Assembly: GCA_017645925.1 (NCBI GenBank)
Contig: JAGCNN010000078.1
Span: forward strand, 1 to 57,183
Length of the DNA: 57,183 nt
Source of the DNA: Bacteroidales bacterium
Lineage (GTDB): Bacteria > Bacteroidota > Bacteroidia > Bacteroidales > ML635J-15
Reading direction: 5' to 3'
Below, piece by piece: positions 1 to 8,447 of this stretch. The notes under the pieces were generated by a model. That model searched no databases, had not been told where the DNA came from, and worked only from the letters and a program-made list of their open reading frames with translations. Each line of letters starts with the position of its first letter. Positions within the stretch are counted from its first letter, which is position 1. The position numbers were made by a program, and so were the translations under genes.

Positions 1-291
1 AAATTCGGCAAACGAAACCAAATCCTTGGCAATCTGAACGCAAAGTTCGCGCGTAGGCGAAAGCACAATCGCCTGTGTGTGCTGCGACTTAGCATCTATC
101 CTTTCGATTATCGGCAGACCAAATGCAGCTGTCTTTCCTGTACCCGTCTGCGCCAAACCGATAATATCCTTTTCGGATGACAGCAACTGCGGAATTACCT
201 TTTCTTGAATAGGTGTTGGTACCTCGAACCCGCGCTTCCTTATAGCGGCCAACAATTTTTCGTTAAGCCCAAAATCTTCAAATGATGACAT
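1..291 (-). CDS. DEAD-box ATP-dependent RNA helicase, first 97 codons only (gene runs off the left edge)
   Basis: Reverse-strand translation from the ATG at 291-289 gives MSSFEDFGLNEKLLAAIRKRGFEVPTPIQEKVIPQLLSSEKDIIGLAQTGTGKTAAFGLPIIERI...LSPTRELCVQI. It carries the Q motif (GFxxPTPIQ), motif I (AQTGTGKT) and motif Ia (PTREL) in canonical order. It is absent from the ORF track because no stop lies inside the window. Confidence 0.9.
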   Translation of the reverse strand, partial: MSSFEDFGLNEKLLAAIRKRGFEVPTPIQEKVIPQLLSSEKDIIGLAQTGTGKTAAFGLPIIERIDAKSQHTQAIVLSPTRELCVQIAKDLVSFAEF

Positions 292-325
292 AAAATTTTA
301 TTTGGGCACAAAAATACAACTTTAT

Positions 326-537
326 TTACGATTGACGAGTTACGATTTTAGATTTGGCTGACAAGATGCAAATTGATTGACGAATTGGCTACGCCGAGCT
401 AAAGGTTACGATTTTAGATTGACGATTGGGGAAAAAAGAAGGAAAGGTTAAAAATCAGAAAGTCGGTCTTTATGCCTAGAACATTTAGACCACATTAACG
501 ATTTTTTAATTCGTCAATCGTACATCGTACATCGTAA
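326..537. promoter_or_regulatory. Array of short repeated motifs in the divergent helicase/serA intergenic region (candidate operator array)
   Basis: GATTGACGA occurs at 330-338, 375-383 and 417-425, with its reverse complement TCGTCAATC at 511-519. The exact 15-mer TTACGATTTTAGATT occurs at 340-354 and 406-420. Tandem TACATCG x2 lies at 521-534. No ORF covers the region. Confidence 0.4.
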
Positions 538-601
538 ATATTATTTATCTTTGCCGAACTTTAAAAGCAAAACATTAATAAAATTTAAAACACAATTTGA
601 A

Positions 602-1525
602 ATGAAAAAGGTTTTAGTAGCAACCGACAAACCGTTTGCAAAAGAAGCAGTTGATGGCATCCAGGCAAAGGCAAAAGCCGCTGGATACGAAGTTATTTTA
701 CTCGAAAAGTACGGAACCAAAGACAAACTTTTGGCTGCTGTAGCTGATGTTGACGCAATGATTATCAGAAGTGACGTTGCCGACAAGGAAGTTATCGAAG
801 CTGGCAAGAACCTCAAGATAATCGTAAGAGCTGGTGCAGGTTTCGACAACATCGACCTCAATGCAGCAACAGCTTGCAATGTAGTTGCAATGAACACTCC
901 TGGTCAGAACTCAAACGCAGTTGCTGAACTTGCAATCGGCCTCATGATTATGGCAGCAAGAAACAACTACAACGGAAAGTCGGGTTCGGAAATCCACGGA
1001 AAGAAACTCGGAATCTACGGCTACGGAAACGTTGGTCGCCTCCTCGGAAAGTACGCTATGGGATTCGGCATGGAAGTAGTTGCATACGATCCATTCCTCA
1101 CAAAGGAACAGATTGAATCGACTGGCGCAAAGCAGTGCACCAACCTCGACGACCTGTTTGGCACATGCCACTACATTTCGCTCCACTGCCCGGCTAACGA
1201 TGAAACAAAGAAGTCAATCAACATGAGCAAAATCGGTAAGATGCCTAAGGGAGCAACCCTCATCAACACCGCCCGCAAGGAAGTCATCAACGAAGACGAC
1301 CTCAAGAAGGTTCTCGCAGAAAGACCAGACTTCAAGTACATGGCAGACGTTGCTCCAGAATGCGCAGCTGAACTCAAGGAAAACTATGCAGACCGCGTAT
1401 TCTTCACACCGAAGAAACTTGGTGCTCAGACCGAAGAAGCAAACGTTAACGCAGGTATCGCAGCAATCAACCAGATTGTTGACTACTTCGAGAACGGAAA
1501 CGAAAGATTCAGACTTAACAAGTAA
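602..1525 (+). CDS. serA: D-3-phosphoglycerate dehydrogenase / D-isomer-specific 2-hydroxyacid dehydrogenase (307 aa)
   Basis: The ATG at 602 (MKKVLVATDKPF...) is preferred over the TTG at 551. There is an NAD-binding Rossmann motif GIYGYGNVGRLLG, and the catalytic-domain layout is typical of short Bacteroidota SerA-like enzymes. The specific substrate is inferred. Confidence 0.8.
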   Translation: MKKVLVATDKPFAKEAVDGIQAKAKAAGYEVILLEKYGTKDKLLAAVADVDAMIIRSDVADKEVIEAGKNLKIIVRAGAGFDNIDLNAATACNVVAMNTPGQNSNAVAELAIGLMIMAARNNYNGKSGSEIHGKKLGIYGYGNVGRLLGKYAMGFGMEVVAYDPFLTKEQIESTGAKQCTNLDDLFGTCHYISLHCPANDETKKSINMSKIGKMPKGATLINTARKEVINEDDLKKVLAERPDFKYMADVAPECAAELKENYADRVFFTPKKLGAQTEEANVNAGIAAINQIVDYFENGNERFRLNK

Positions 1526-1543
1526 GAAAATTTCAACGCAAAT

Positions 1544-1572
1544 AAAAAAGCCGCTTTCCAGCGGCTTTTTTA
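1544..1572. terminator. Bidirectional intrinsic terminator between convergent genes
   Basis: AAAAAAGCCGCT-TTCC-AGCGGCTTTTTT. A perfect 7-bp GC-rich stem (1549-1555 / 1560-1566) is flanked by an A-run and a T-run. It lies between the serA stop (1525) and the stop of the minus-strand 1530-aa gene (1594). Confidence 0.85.
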
Positions 1573-1593
1573 TTTTGTTACGCACAGCACAAA

Positions 1594-4500
1594 CTACCGT
1601 ACCAAATTGATAGTTCCCTGTTCTCTGTGCTGTATTCCATAAACATCTTCAAACTGACAATACCAGTAATATATACCATTTTCCAATACTTTGTCACCCT
1701 TTCTCTTGCTACCCATGTCGGTACCATCCCACGCACCTTCCGAGCATGCATCGCAAGACGCAGCAGGGAAATAGTCAGTGGTAGTGAATACCGATTCTCC
1801 CCAACGGTCATATATTGTCAAAAGGAAATTGTTCCTTGATATGCCATTTCCACAGATACGGAAACAATCGTTAAGACCATCTCCATTGGGAGTGAAGGAA
1901 GTTGGTGCATAAAATGAGAATTGACTGTAAACCGTTATCGTCCTTGTAGTTGTATCTGTACAATAATGTTCGTTTTGTGCTACAAGCATAACTTCATACT
2001 CGCCCATTTCAGGATATACATGACGTGGACTTTCGTAGGTTGAACTATCCTGATCACCAAAGAACCAGAAATACCTGTTGGCATCAATTGACCTGTTGTT
2101 GAAAAGAACTTCTGCCGAAAGTACAGAAACTGTCTGTACATCAGCATCAAACAATGCCTTTGGAACTGGATATGCGTGAATAATATCGGCGTATGTTTTA
2201 TCTATCTTGCAGCCAAAATCACTCCAAACCGACATGGTAACATCAAAATCACCAGGATTCCTATAGGTATGAGTTGGAATTTCTGTCTCAGAAAAATCAT
2301 TGTCGCCAAAATTCCACAAGTACTGGGTTCCATTTATATTCAATGGCGAGAATGTAACTGTCAGAGGCACACATCCTTCTACATTACTTGTTGTAAACAA
2401 TTCATCAGGGAAGCTATGTACAAATATCTCTATCGAATCTGTTACAGAAGGAGTTCCACACATATCTGTCAACGTAATGTAGAACATTGTGGTAGTGTCG
2501 GGAGTTACCGTAAACGGCGATGGAACAACCCTGCCATCCTGCAGTGTCAACGTGTAGGGGCCTCCGTTACCGCCATCCGCTTCAACATATATAAGAGCCT
2601 CATCTCCAGGACATATAGTATCGTAGCTTGTTACTACAGATGCAATTCTCAAATCAGGATTAAGCTTTACGGTTACAGGCGACATCTCAATAGAACAACC
2701 ATGTGAATCGTAAATAGTAAGCCTATATGTAGAGGTTACGGTCGGCGAAACTTCGTAGCGAATACCATTATATGTAGCACTATCTGGACCAGACCACCTG
2801 TAGTCGTAATATGGAGTACCGCCAGTTACTTGCGTTGTCAATATAGCCGACTGTCCATTACAGATTGTAACGTTATTCATCGGCAAAGCCATCATTGCTG
2901 TAGGTTCAGGAATATTGAATTCCTCAGTGTAACGGCAGCCATAACTATCAAGCACTGTTACTATGTACGACCCTGCCGAAGCCGTGAGAATATCGGTTGT
3001 ATTTCCATTAGGCCACAAATAAGTGTATGGAGGAGTAGCACCATCAACAAATATCCTTGCCTCACCATCGTTGCCACCATGACACGAAACAGAATCCATC
3101 GACCTTGATATTACAAAATCATCAGGCTGAGTTATTACAAATGAACCTACTACCGAGCATCCAATAAGGTCGGCAACTGTTACCGTATAAGCTCCACTAC
3201 ATATACCATCATATATATAGGTATCGGAAGGCCACGAATACTGCAGAGGTGGAAGACCGCCTCTCATAGCAAGTTCGGCACGACCATCGCAATGTCCGTA
3301 GCACTTAATCTGACGAAGCATAATGCTGTCTATCACCATCTGAGGACTTACCGTTACCGTCATTGTCTGCATATCGCTGACACAGCCGTGCGAATCGCGT
3401 ACATATGCTGTATAATGTGTAGTTTCTGTCAACAAAGTAGAAATTTCGGTACCAGCTTCAAATTCACCGTTTCCATTGTTCCAAATGTAATGATAGGGAG
3501 ACGTTCCACCGAAAGCGTTCACTCGAACAGGCGTTGGCTCTCCTTCGCACACTGCATAATCGGTTGTCATCTGAATCAAAAGCTGCTCTGGCTGCGAAAG
3601 GGCAACGTATGCTGTTGTTCCACAATTGTTGTCATCGCTAACCGTGAGATAGTACTCTCCAGCCGAAAGGTTGATTCTGTTTTCTGGACCATCGCCAACA
3701 TCCGACCACAGATAATGCAAATCACCAGTACCACCACCTGCATATACCGAAATCGAACCATCATGCGATGCATAGCAGGTCAAGTTCTGCGACTCTATTG
3801 TCTGAACAACAACTTCTGTAGGTTCGGTAATAACAAACGGAGCCTGCGCAACACAACCATTGGCATCGGTTATAGTCAATGTATAGCTACCAGCACCTAC
3901 ATTCAACAATTCAATTCCAGGTGCTGCCCACGAATAGGTTATAGGCATTGTTCCACCATGATGAGTAACTATTGCCGAACCGCCATTGCTATGATAACAC
4001 GGATCATTAACAACCGATATCGAATCAATTACAAGTCGTTCCGGATTAAGTATCGAAACCAAAGTATCGTTTGTAACGCAACCATCATTATCTACAGTAA
4101 GCGTTACACCATGAGTTCCAGCCTCCTGCCAAGTTAGAATGAATGGTCCCATGCTATTAGGATTGCCTTGCACAAACGCACCACCGAAAGTCCATGTATA
4201 ATCGGCATTCGAATCCATATTACCGGTGTATGTAACCTCACACTCACCGCCAAAGCAAGGAATTGGAGTATATACAAAACTATTTGTAGGTTGCTGCCTG
4301 AAAGTTGTCGTTATCTCAGCAAATCCATTGCAGTCGTCCCTGCCGATGTAATGTTCCGTCCAACGGAACGTATATGTACCCCAGCCATTTACAATTACCT
4401 GCGTATTCGGAGCATTAGGATTGGTAAAGGTTACCGAATTGTTCACGTCATCGCCATTGGGATAACCAGAAACAGTCCATTCTCCTGTGTTTCCATTAGG

Positions 4501-6186
4501 AACATTCTGAGCAGAAAGGTTTGTCCTGTTAGAACATATCAGGTCGGGAATACTTGCAATTGTTGGAGTTGGTTCAATACAGCAAGTCGGATCGGTAAAG
4601 TCGCGCACCGTTACATACACCGTGGTATCGTAGGTACAACCGAAGTTATCAGTTGCCGAGAACGTGTATGCCACCTGACCTGGAGTTGTTGGATTTGCTA
4701 TATTGTTGGCTGAATTGCCATCAGTCTGCACGGCATCGCCACCCCATTGCATCTCGTCACCGTATGTATTCTGGAACGATATAACGTTTGATGTGTCAGG
4801 AATAAGACCTTCCGCAAAATGAAGCTCTGTTTGAAATACAGTACCATCGTCAGCGCCAAGATAGTCGATGAATATTACGCACCATTCGCCGTTGATTGGA
4901 CATCCGACCAAGTTGCTGAAATTGTCAACTGGCTGATAGTTTCCCGAAGGCAAAGGATTGCTATAGTTTGGACAGTTAGCCGACATCAAACCTCTGTTAT
5001 TGCTCATTGTCCAATAATAGTCGTAACCTACACCAACCCACTGGTCACCATCAAGACATGAGTTTACGCCAACATCATCATAATCGACAGCTTCGCCGAA
5101 ATAACCACCGCCACATGCCTGATGGAACAATGTTACACGATTGCCGTTAGGGCACTGAATCAATATATCCAAGTCACCCATATACGAGTGTTCCATACGC
5201 ATACCGATGGATTCTATTTGGTCTGCCGACTGTATTGTCTGGCCTGGTGCAAACTCACTATAGTAGAAGCAGCTAACCTGTTCTTGATCCTCATGCGCAT
5301 CATCAAAGCAATGCTGCTCATAGTTTACTTCCTGTATAGTCATTTGCCACTCAGGTGGAGGATTCACAACGCCAATCAACTCTACATCTTCGCCCGGACA
5401 AACTTCTGAGGTTATCGTTGTTCCTTCAAAAGTCGGCGGCACTGATATATAAACCGTCACGGTATTCGAAACCACCTGACATCTGTTTATATCTGTTGTT
5501 GTCAAAGTATAGAAATATGCACCCGGAGCAAGCGGTTCCGTCAATTCATTCAGTCCGAGACCTGCAAAAACCTGCGTTCCGTTGCTATTCAGCGCACTCC
5601 ACGAAAAATTTGTATTATCAATTGTCTGCTCGTAGCTTTCATTGTTGTGCAAAAATACAACACTTGCCGATACTAAACCGCCCGAACATCCAAGGAAAGC
5701 ATCTTCAGTCGCATCATACTCTGCATCGGGAGTGATAGTCACTGTATAATCCTGACAAGGGAAACCGCAACGTATGTCAAGTCGAAAACCTGCATATTGT
5801 ACCGAACCATCACTATGCCACTGAATTGTAACACAGTTACTAGTTGTCTCTATTTCATCCGGTGGTAATGAAGAACCGCCCAACGTTGCCAAAAGAGTTC
5901 CACCTGTACCCGAACCGTCATAGATTTTAAGATAGTCGAAACTAACACTTTCGGTTCTGAGTTCCACAACATCAACAACCATATTCGGGACACCGTCACC
6001 TCCACAGAATGTTACGGTATAATTCTCACTGGCAGAATAATTGCCTTCTGGTCCGCCTGAATCATAAAGCGTTGCATTACAAGTGGTTATAGGTGCAGTA
6101 ATCTGGTCTATTGTGTACACCTGCGAATAACCTGCCAAACCTAACAGCAGGAATATTAACGTTATATATATTATCTTGCTATTCAT
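1594..6186 (-). CDS. Large secreted T9SS cargo protein (1530 aa) with type-B (gliding-motility-associated) C-terminal sorting domain
   Basis: Start chosen at the ATG at 6186 (MNSKIIYITLIFLLLGLAGYSQ, signal peptide). There is a CUB-like N-terminal domain (DYLKIYDGSGTGG...WHSDGSVQYAGFRLDI) and a proprotein-convertase P-domain-like segment (HSYMGDLDILIQCPNGNRV...GCPINGEWCVIFIDYLGADDG). SprB-type repeats are present (CYGHCDGRAELAMRGGLPPLQYSW, CHGGNDGEARIFVDGATPPYTYLW), followed by a PKD-like module (WNFGDN...HTYRNPGDFDVTM). The C-terminus reads FTPNGDGLNDCF...IYDRWGESVF. Confidence 0.9.
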   Translation of the reverse strand: MNSKIIYITLIFLLLGLAGYSQVYTIDQITAPITTCNATLYDSGGPEGNYSASENYTVTFCGGDGVPNMVVDVVELRTESVSFDYLKIYDGSGTGGTLLATLGGSSLPPDEIETTSNCVTIQWHSDGSVQYAGFRLDIRCGFPCQDYTVTITPDAEYDATEDAFLGCSGGLVSASVVFLHNNESYEQTIDNTNFSWSALNSNGTQVFAGLGLNELTEPLAPGAYFYTLTTTDINRCQVVSNTVTVYISVPPTFEGTTITSEVCPGEDVELIGVVNPPPEWQMTIQEVNYEQHCFDDAHEDQEQVSCFYYSEFAPGQTIQSADQIESIGMRMEHSYMGDLDILIQCPNGNRVTLFHQACGGGYFGEAVDYDDVGVNSCLDGDQWVGVGYDYYWTMSNNRGLMSANCPNYSNPLPSGNYQPVDNFSNLVGCPINGEWCVIFIDYLGADDGTVFQTELHFAEGLIPDTSNVISFQNTYGDEMQWGGDAVQTDGNSANNIANPTTPGQVAYTFSATDNFGCTYDTTVYVTVRDFTDPTCCIEPTPTIASIPDLICSNRTNLSAQNVPNGNTGEWTVSGYPNGDDVNNSVTFTNPNAPNTQVIVNGWGTYTFRWTEHYIGRDDCNGFAEITTTFRQQPTNSFVYTPIPCFGGECEVTYTGNMDSNADYTWTFGGAFVQGNPNSMGPFILTWQEAGTHGVTLTVDNDGCVTNDTLVSILNPERLVIDSISVVNDPCYHSNGGSAIVTHHGGTMPITYSWAAPGIELLNVGAGSYTLTITDANGCVAQAPFVITEPTEVVVQTIESQNLTCYASHDGSISVYAGGGTGDLHYLWSDVGDGPENRINLSAGEYYLTVSDDNNCGTTAYVALSQPEQLLIQMTTDYAVCEGEPTPVRVNAFGGTSPYHYIWNNGNGEFEAGTEISTLLTETTHYTAYVRDSHGCVSDMQTMTVTVSPQMVIDSIMLRQIKCYGHCDGRAELAMRGGLPPLQYSWPSDTYIYDGICSGAYTVTVADLIGCSVVGSFVITQPDDFVISRSMDSVSCHGGNDGEARIFVDGATPPYTYLWPNGNTTDILTASAGSYIVTVLDSYGCRYTEEFNIPEPTAMMALPMNNVTICNGQSAILTTQVTGGTPYYDYRWSGPDSATYNGIRYEVSPTVTSTYRLTIYDSHGCSIEMSPVTVKLNPDLRIASVVTSYDTICPGDEALIYVEADGGNGGPYTLTLQDGRVVPSPFTVTPDTTTMFYITLTDMCGTPSVTDSIEIFVHSFPDELFTTSNVEGCVPLTVTFSPLNINGTQYLWNFGDNDFSETEIPTHTYRNPGDFDVTMSVWSDFGCKIDKTYADIIHAYPVPKALFDADVQTVSVLSAEVLFNNRSIDANRYFWFFGDQDSSTYESPRHVYPEMGEYEVMLVAQNEHYCTDTTTRTITVYSQFSFYAPTSFTPNGDGLNDCFRICGNGISRNNFLLTIYDRWGESVFTTTDYFPAASCDACSEGAWDGTDMGSKRKGDKVLENGIYYWYCQFEDVYGIQHREQGTINLVR

Positions 6187-6616
6187 GGCCCATAAATCTA
6201 TTATAGTTTTCAACTAATTTGCGACTCGAATATATGTTTACAATATATCCGGTATCACCAATTCTATACACATTTGTCCTATCGGGAAGAATCTCAAAGT
6301 CGTATGCCATAATGTTGAATGTTGCCTCATCGTATGCGACTTCTTCTTCGGCGGCAAGCTTAGTATCCTTGTCAAAAAACTTCAACGGCGGAAATTTTTG
6401 AGCAACTTCCATACTTGCCTTTTTCACCACATATCCATTATTAGCAAACCAGTTCCAATATACTATTTCCTGCGGCAACAGGTTTACCATATTGTTTATG
6501 TCGTCGGCCTGAAACTTTGAATAAAGTTTGTTGTCTGGCACGACACTGCCTTGCTGCTGGGCATAAACACCTGCAAAAGCGAAGGTCATAATTAGAACTA
6601 TCAATATCCGTTTCAT
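6179..6616 (-). CDS. Small secreted hypothetical protein (145 aa), translationally coupled to the downstream T9SS cargo gene
   Basis: The ATG at 6616 gives MKRILIVLIMTFAFAGVYAQ (signal peptide). Its stop TAG at 6181-6179 overlaps the downstream start (6186-6184) by 8 nt. I recognise no family. Confidence 0.7.
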   Translation of the reverse strand: MKRILIVLIMTFAFAGVYAQQQGSVVPDNKLYSKFQADDINNMVNLLPQEIVYWNWFANNGYVVKKASMEVAQKFPPLKFFDKDTKLAAEEEVAYDEATFNIMAYDFEILPDRTNVYRIGDTGYIVNIYSSRKLVENYNRFMGHE

Positions 6617-6724
6617 CTCTTTGAAAATTTTAAATTCAATTGTAAAACGCATAAAATGTCAAACGGTTGCCTCTAAGTGAAAAATTTTTTTTCACAAAAA
6701 CATAATACACTATTTTACAACCTG

Positions 6725-6754
6725 CAAAGATATGAAAAAAGTTTTTGTAACAAA
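6725..6754 (-). promoter_or_regulatory. Candidate Bacteroidota sigma-A promoter for the small-protein / 1530-aa cargo operon
   Basis: On the minus strand, TATCTTTG (6732-6725) fits the -7 consensus TAnnTTTG. TTTG (6754-6751) lies 18 nt upstream as a candidate -33. The start codon at 6616 is about 100 nt downstream. This is pattern match only. Confidence 0.25.
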
Positions 6755-6780
6755 AAAAAAGGGGCTGAAAATTCAGCCCC
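6752..6780 (-). terminator. Intrinsic terminator of the exbB-exbD operon
   Basis: The minus strand reads GGGGCTGA-ATTT-TCAGCCCC followed by a run of nine T. It has a perfect 8-bp stem and lies 24 nt downstream of the exbD stop at 6804. Confidence 0.85.
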
Positions 6781-6803
6781 ATGCATAAAATAAATTTCAA
6801 AAC

Positions 6804-7298
6804 CTAATAACCCATGTCCTGACGAGCAGAATAATTGATTTTCAAGGCACTTGCCTTTCTCAATTCCTGCTTAATGTCGGTGATGATACCCATCTTAGTA
6901 TCCCTATGCACTTTCAGAGAAGTTGTCATAAAAGGAACTTCGGCCTCATCTCTCTCTGCACGTTCTGCAAGAATATATTCGTAAATGTCAGACAATTCGG
7001 CGAACGAGGAGTTCAACTGAATCTTAGGTTCGGTACCGTAGGTCTTCTGGTATTGCTGCAACGGTTTTCCAACATATATGTAGCTTACCAGCGACTTCTT
7101 TTCGAGTTTCTTGATTTCTGTTGCAGTCGGCAGGTCAGAACCCTTGAGTTCAATCAAAAGTTCCACCTCACGCATAGTCGTAGAAACCATGAAGAAGAAA
7201 AGAATCATGAACACGATATCGGGCAAAGATGCTGTTGATATTGCACCGAGGGTTTTCTTTTTCTTTTTTCCCATTACTGCCATACTACTTTCCTCCAT
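6804..7298 (-). CDS. exbD: Biopolymer transport protein ExbD/TolR family
   Basis: The sequence ...GKKKKKTLGAISTASLPDIVFMILFFFMVSTTM has the basic N-terminus plus single TM helix typical of ExbD, followed by a periplasmic domain. A start at 7298 overlaps the upstream stop by 14 nt. The alternative ATG at 7283 would remove the overlap. Confidence 0.8.
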   Translation of the reverse strand: MEESSMAVMGKKKKKTLGAISTASLPDIVFMILFFFMVSTTMREVELLIELKGSDLPTATEIKKLEKKSLVSYIYVGKPLQQYQKTYGTEPKIQLNSSFAELSDIYEYILAERAERDEAEVPFMTTSLKVHRDTKMGIITDIKQELRKASALKINYSARQDMGY

Positions 7299-7869
7299 AA
7301 TTTTTAGGTTCCGCCTCTGAGATTCGCTGAGGATAAATCTTCCTTATGGCTTCCTGCTGTTCATCATTAAGCTCATCGTATGGCTTGTTGAAGTACTTGC
7401 GGGACGCTTCATTTCTTATCTCATTGTAAGCGGCAACCAGTTCGTTCTGCACTTCGATATACCTACCGTAGGTTGTTCCACGGTCGTTCTTCAACGAAAT
7501 GATACCCTTGGATGTCTTGACTGGAGTCTTTATTCCGTCAACTACAATTTCCTCCATTTCAGGAAGAGTTGGGTCGTCTGCCCTATCGCAGTTGATGAAC
7601 TTCTTTGCATCTTCACGCAACTTGTCCAAGTCCATCCATTTATTGTTTACAGATATATTACCCCTTGAATTTACAAGTACAAGGTAGATATTGCGCTTGT
7701 TGACCTCTACATCGGTCTTCTGATCCTTATTCTCCGGAATTGGAGGCAACTGGCGCTGGATACCTGTATCGACATCCATGGTCGTTGTAACAAGGAAGAA
7801 TATGAGGAGCAGGAAAGCAATATCCGCCATAGAACTTGCGTTAATTTCCGGGGTTGCTCTTTTTGCCAT
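7285..7869 (-). CDS. exbD: Biopolymer transport protein ExbD/TolR family (second copy)
   Basis: MAKRATPEINASSMADIAFLLLIFFLVTTTMD shows the ExbD signature N-terminus and TM helix. The gene lies in an exbB-linked operon. Confidence 0.85.
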   Translation of the reverse strand: MAKRATPEINASSMADIAFLLLIFFLVTTTMDVDTGIQRQLPPIPENKDQKTDVEVNKRNIYLVLVNSRGNISVNNKWMDLDKLREDAKKFINCDRADDPTLPEMEEIVVDGIKTPVKTSKGIISLKNDRGTTYGRYIEVQNELVAAYNEIRNEASRKYFNKPYDELNDEQQEAIRKIYPQRISEAEPKNYGGK

Positions 7870-7895
7870 AATATTAACCTTTTAAAAATTAACAA

Positions 7896-8420
7896 TTATT
7901 TCCATAATCTGGAGATTGCTCCATAAACAAGTGCCAAAATAGCTGCTGCACCAGCGATGTAGGTCATCCACAAGCCAGCTTCAGCCAACTTGATGTCGCT
8001 GTAGGCTTCACCCGGTGTATAACCAGCCTTCTGAATACCAATAGTATGAGGTGCAATACCATCAGCCAATGCCCATGCAACTACAACAACCACAACAATG
8101 GCAACGATTGCTATAGCCGGCTTTATCAATGTCTTAGGTGAAGCAAAACCATCAACGATAACACCGCCAATCTCAAAGATTACAAACATTGCAGCACACA
8201 ATAATGCCAATATTTCGCAGGCGTACATTATAAAGCCGCCCCAATTGGATGCCGCAGCGTCAACACCTGCAATCTTGTCGGCACCGGTTGCTCCGTCAAG
8301 AGCATCCATAGCAGCCTGCATTTCAGGTGCTTCGCTAGGCATTAAGAAGAACAGCACTGATATAAGGGCTGCCGCTCCCAATATAACCCAACCTAATATT
8401 TTAATTACTTTCTCTAACAT
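7896..8420 (-). CDS. Hypothetical integral membrane protein (174 aa, about 4 TM helices) inside the exbB-exbD operon
   Basis: The ORF is uninterrupted and has four hydrophobic stretches (for example ILGWVILGAAALISVLFFL and AIAIVAIVVVVVVAWALA). It is tightly packed between exbB and exbD. I recognise no motif. Confidence 0.6.
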   Translation of the reverse strand: MLEKVIKILGWVILGAAALISVLFFLMPSEAPEMQAAMDALDGATGADKIAGVDAAASNWGGFIMYACEILALLCAAMFVIFEIGGVIVDGFASPKTLIKPAIAIVAIVVVVVVAWALADGIAPHTIGIQKAGYTPGEAYSDIKLAEAGLWMTYIAGAAAILALVYGAISRLWK

Positions 8421-8447
8421 CTCTGTAACTTTTTAATTGACAAACAA

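Noticed and set aside
395-407. Short sequences shared between distant intergenic regions, suggesting a dispersed repeat family. CGAGCTAAAGGTT occurs at 395-407 and 48957-48969. GGCTACGCCG occurs at 387-396 and 56127-56136. TAAAAATCAG occurs at about 449 and 48783.
   Set aside because: The matches are only 10-13 nt, occur in different order and orientation context, and are not embedded in longer alignable blocks. Exact 10-mers are expected by chance at this scale, and a single 13-mer is only marginally surprising. A genome-wide search would be needed before calling this a repeat family.
3292-4137. Long + strand ORFs antisense to the large minus-strand genes. Examples are 3292-4137 (281 aa), 10476-11180 (234 aa), 36262-36849 (195 aa), 51539-52474 (311 aa), 9558-10103 and 541-897.
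   Set aside because: Each lies wholly inside a minus- or plus-strand gene that has clear family motifs. Their translations are low-complexity, Cys/Arg/His/Ile-rich and motif-free, as expected for shadow ORFs. No independent start or terminator signals were seen.
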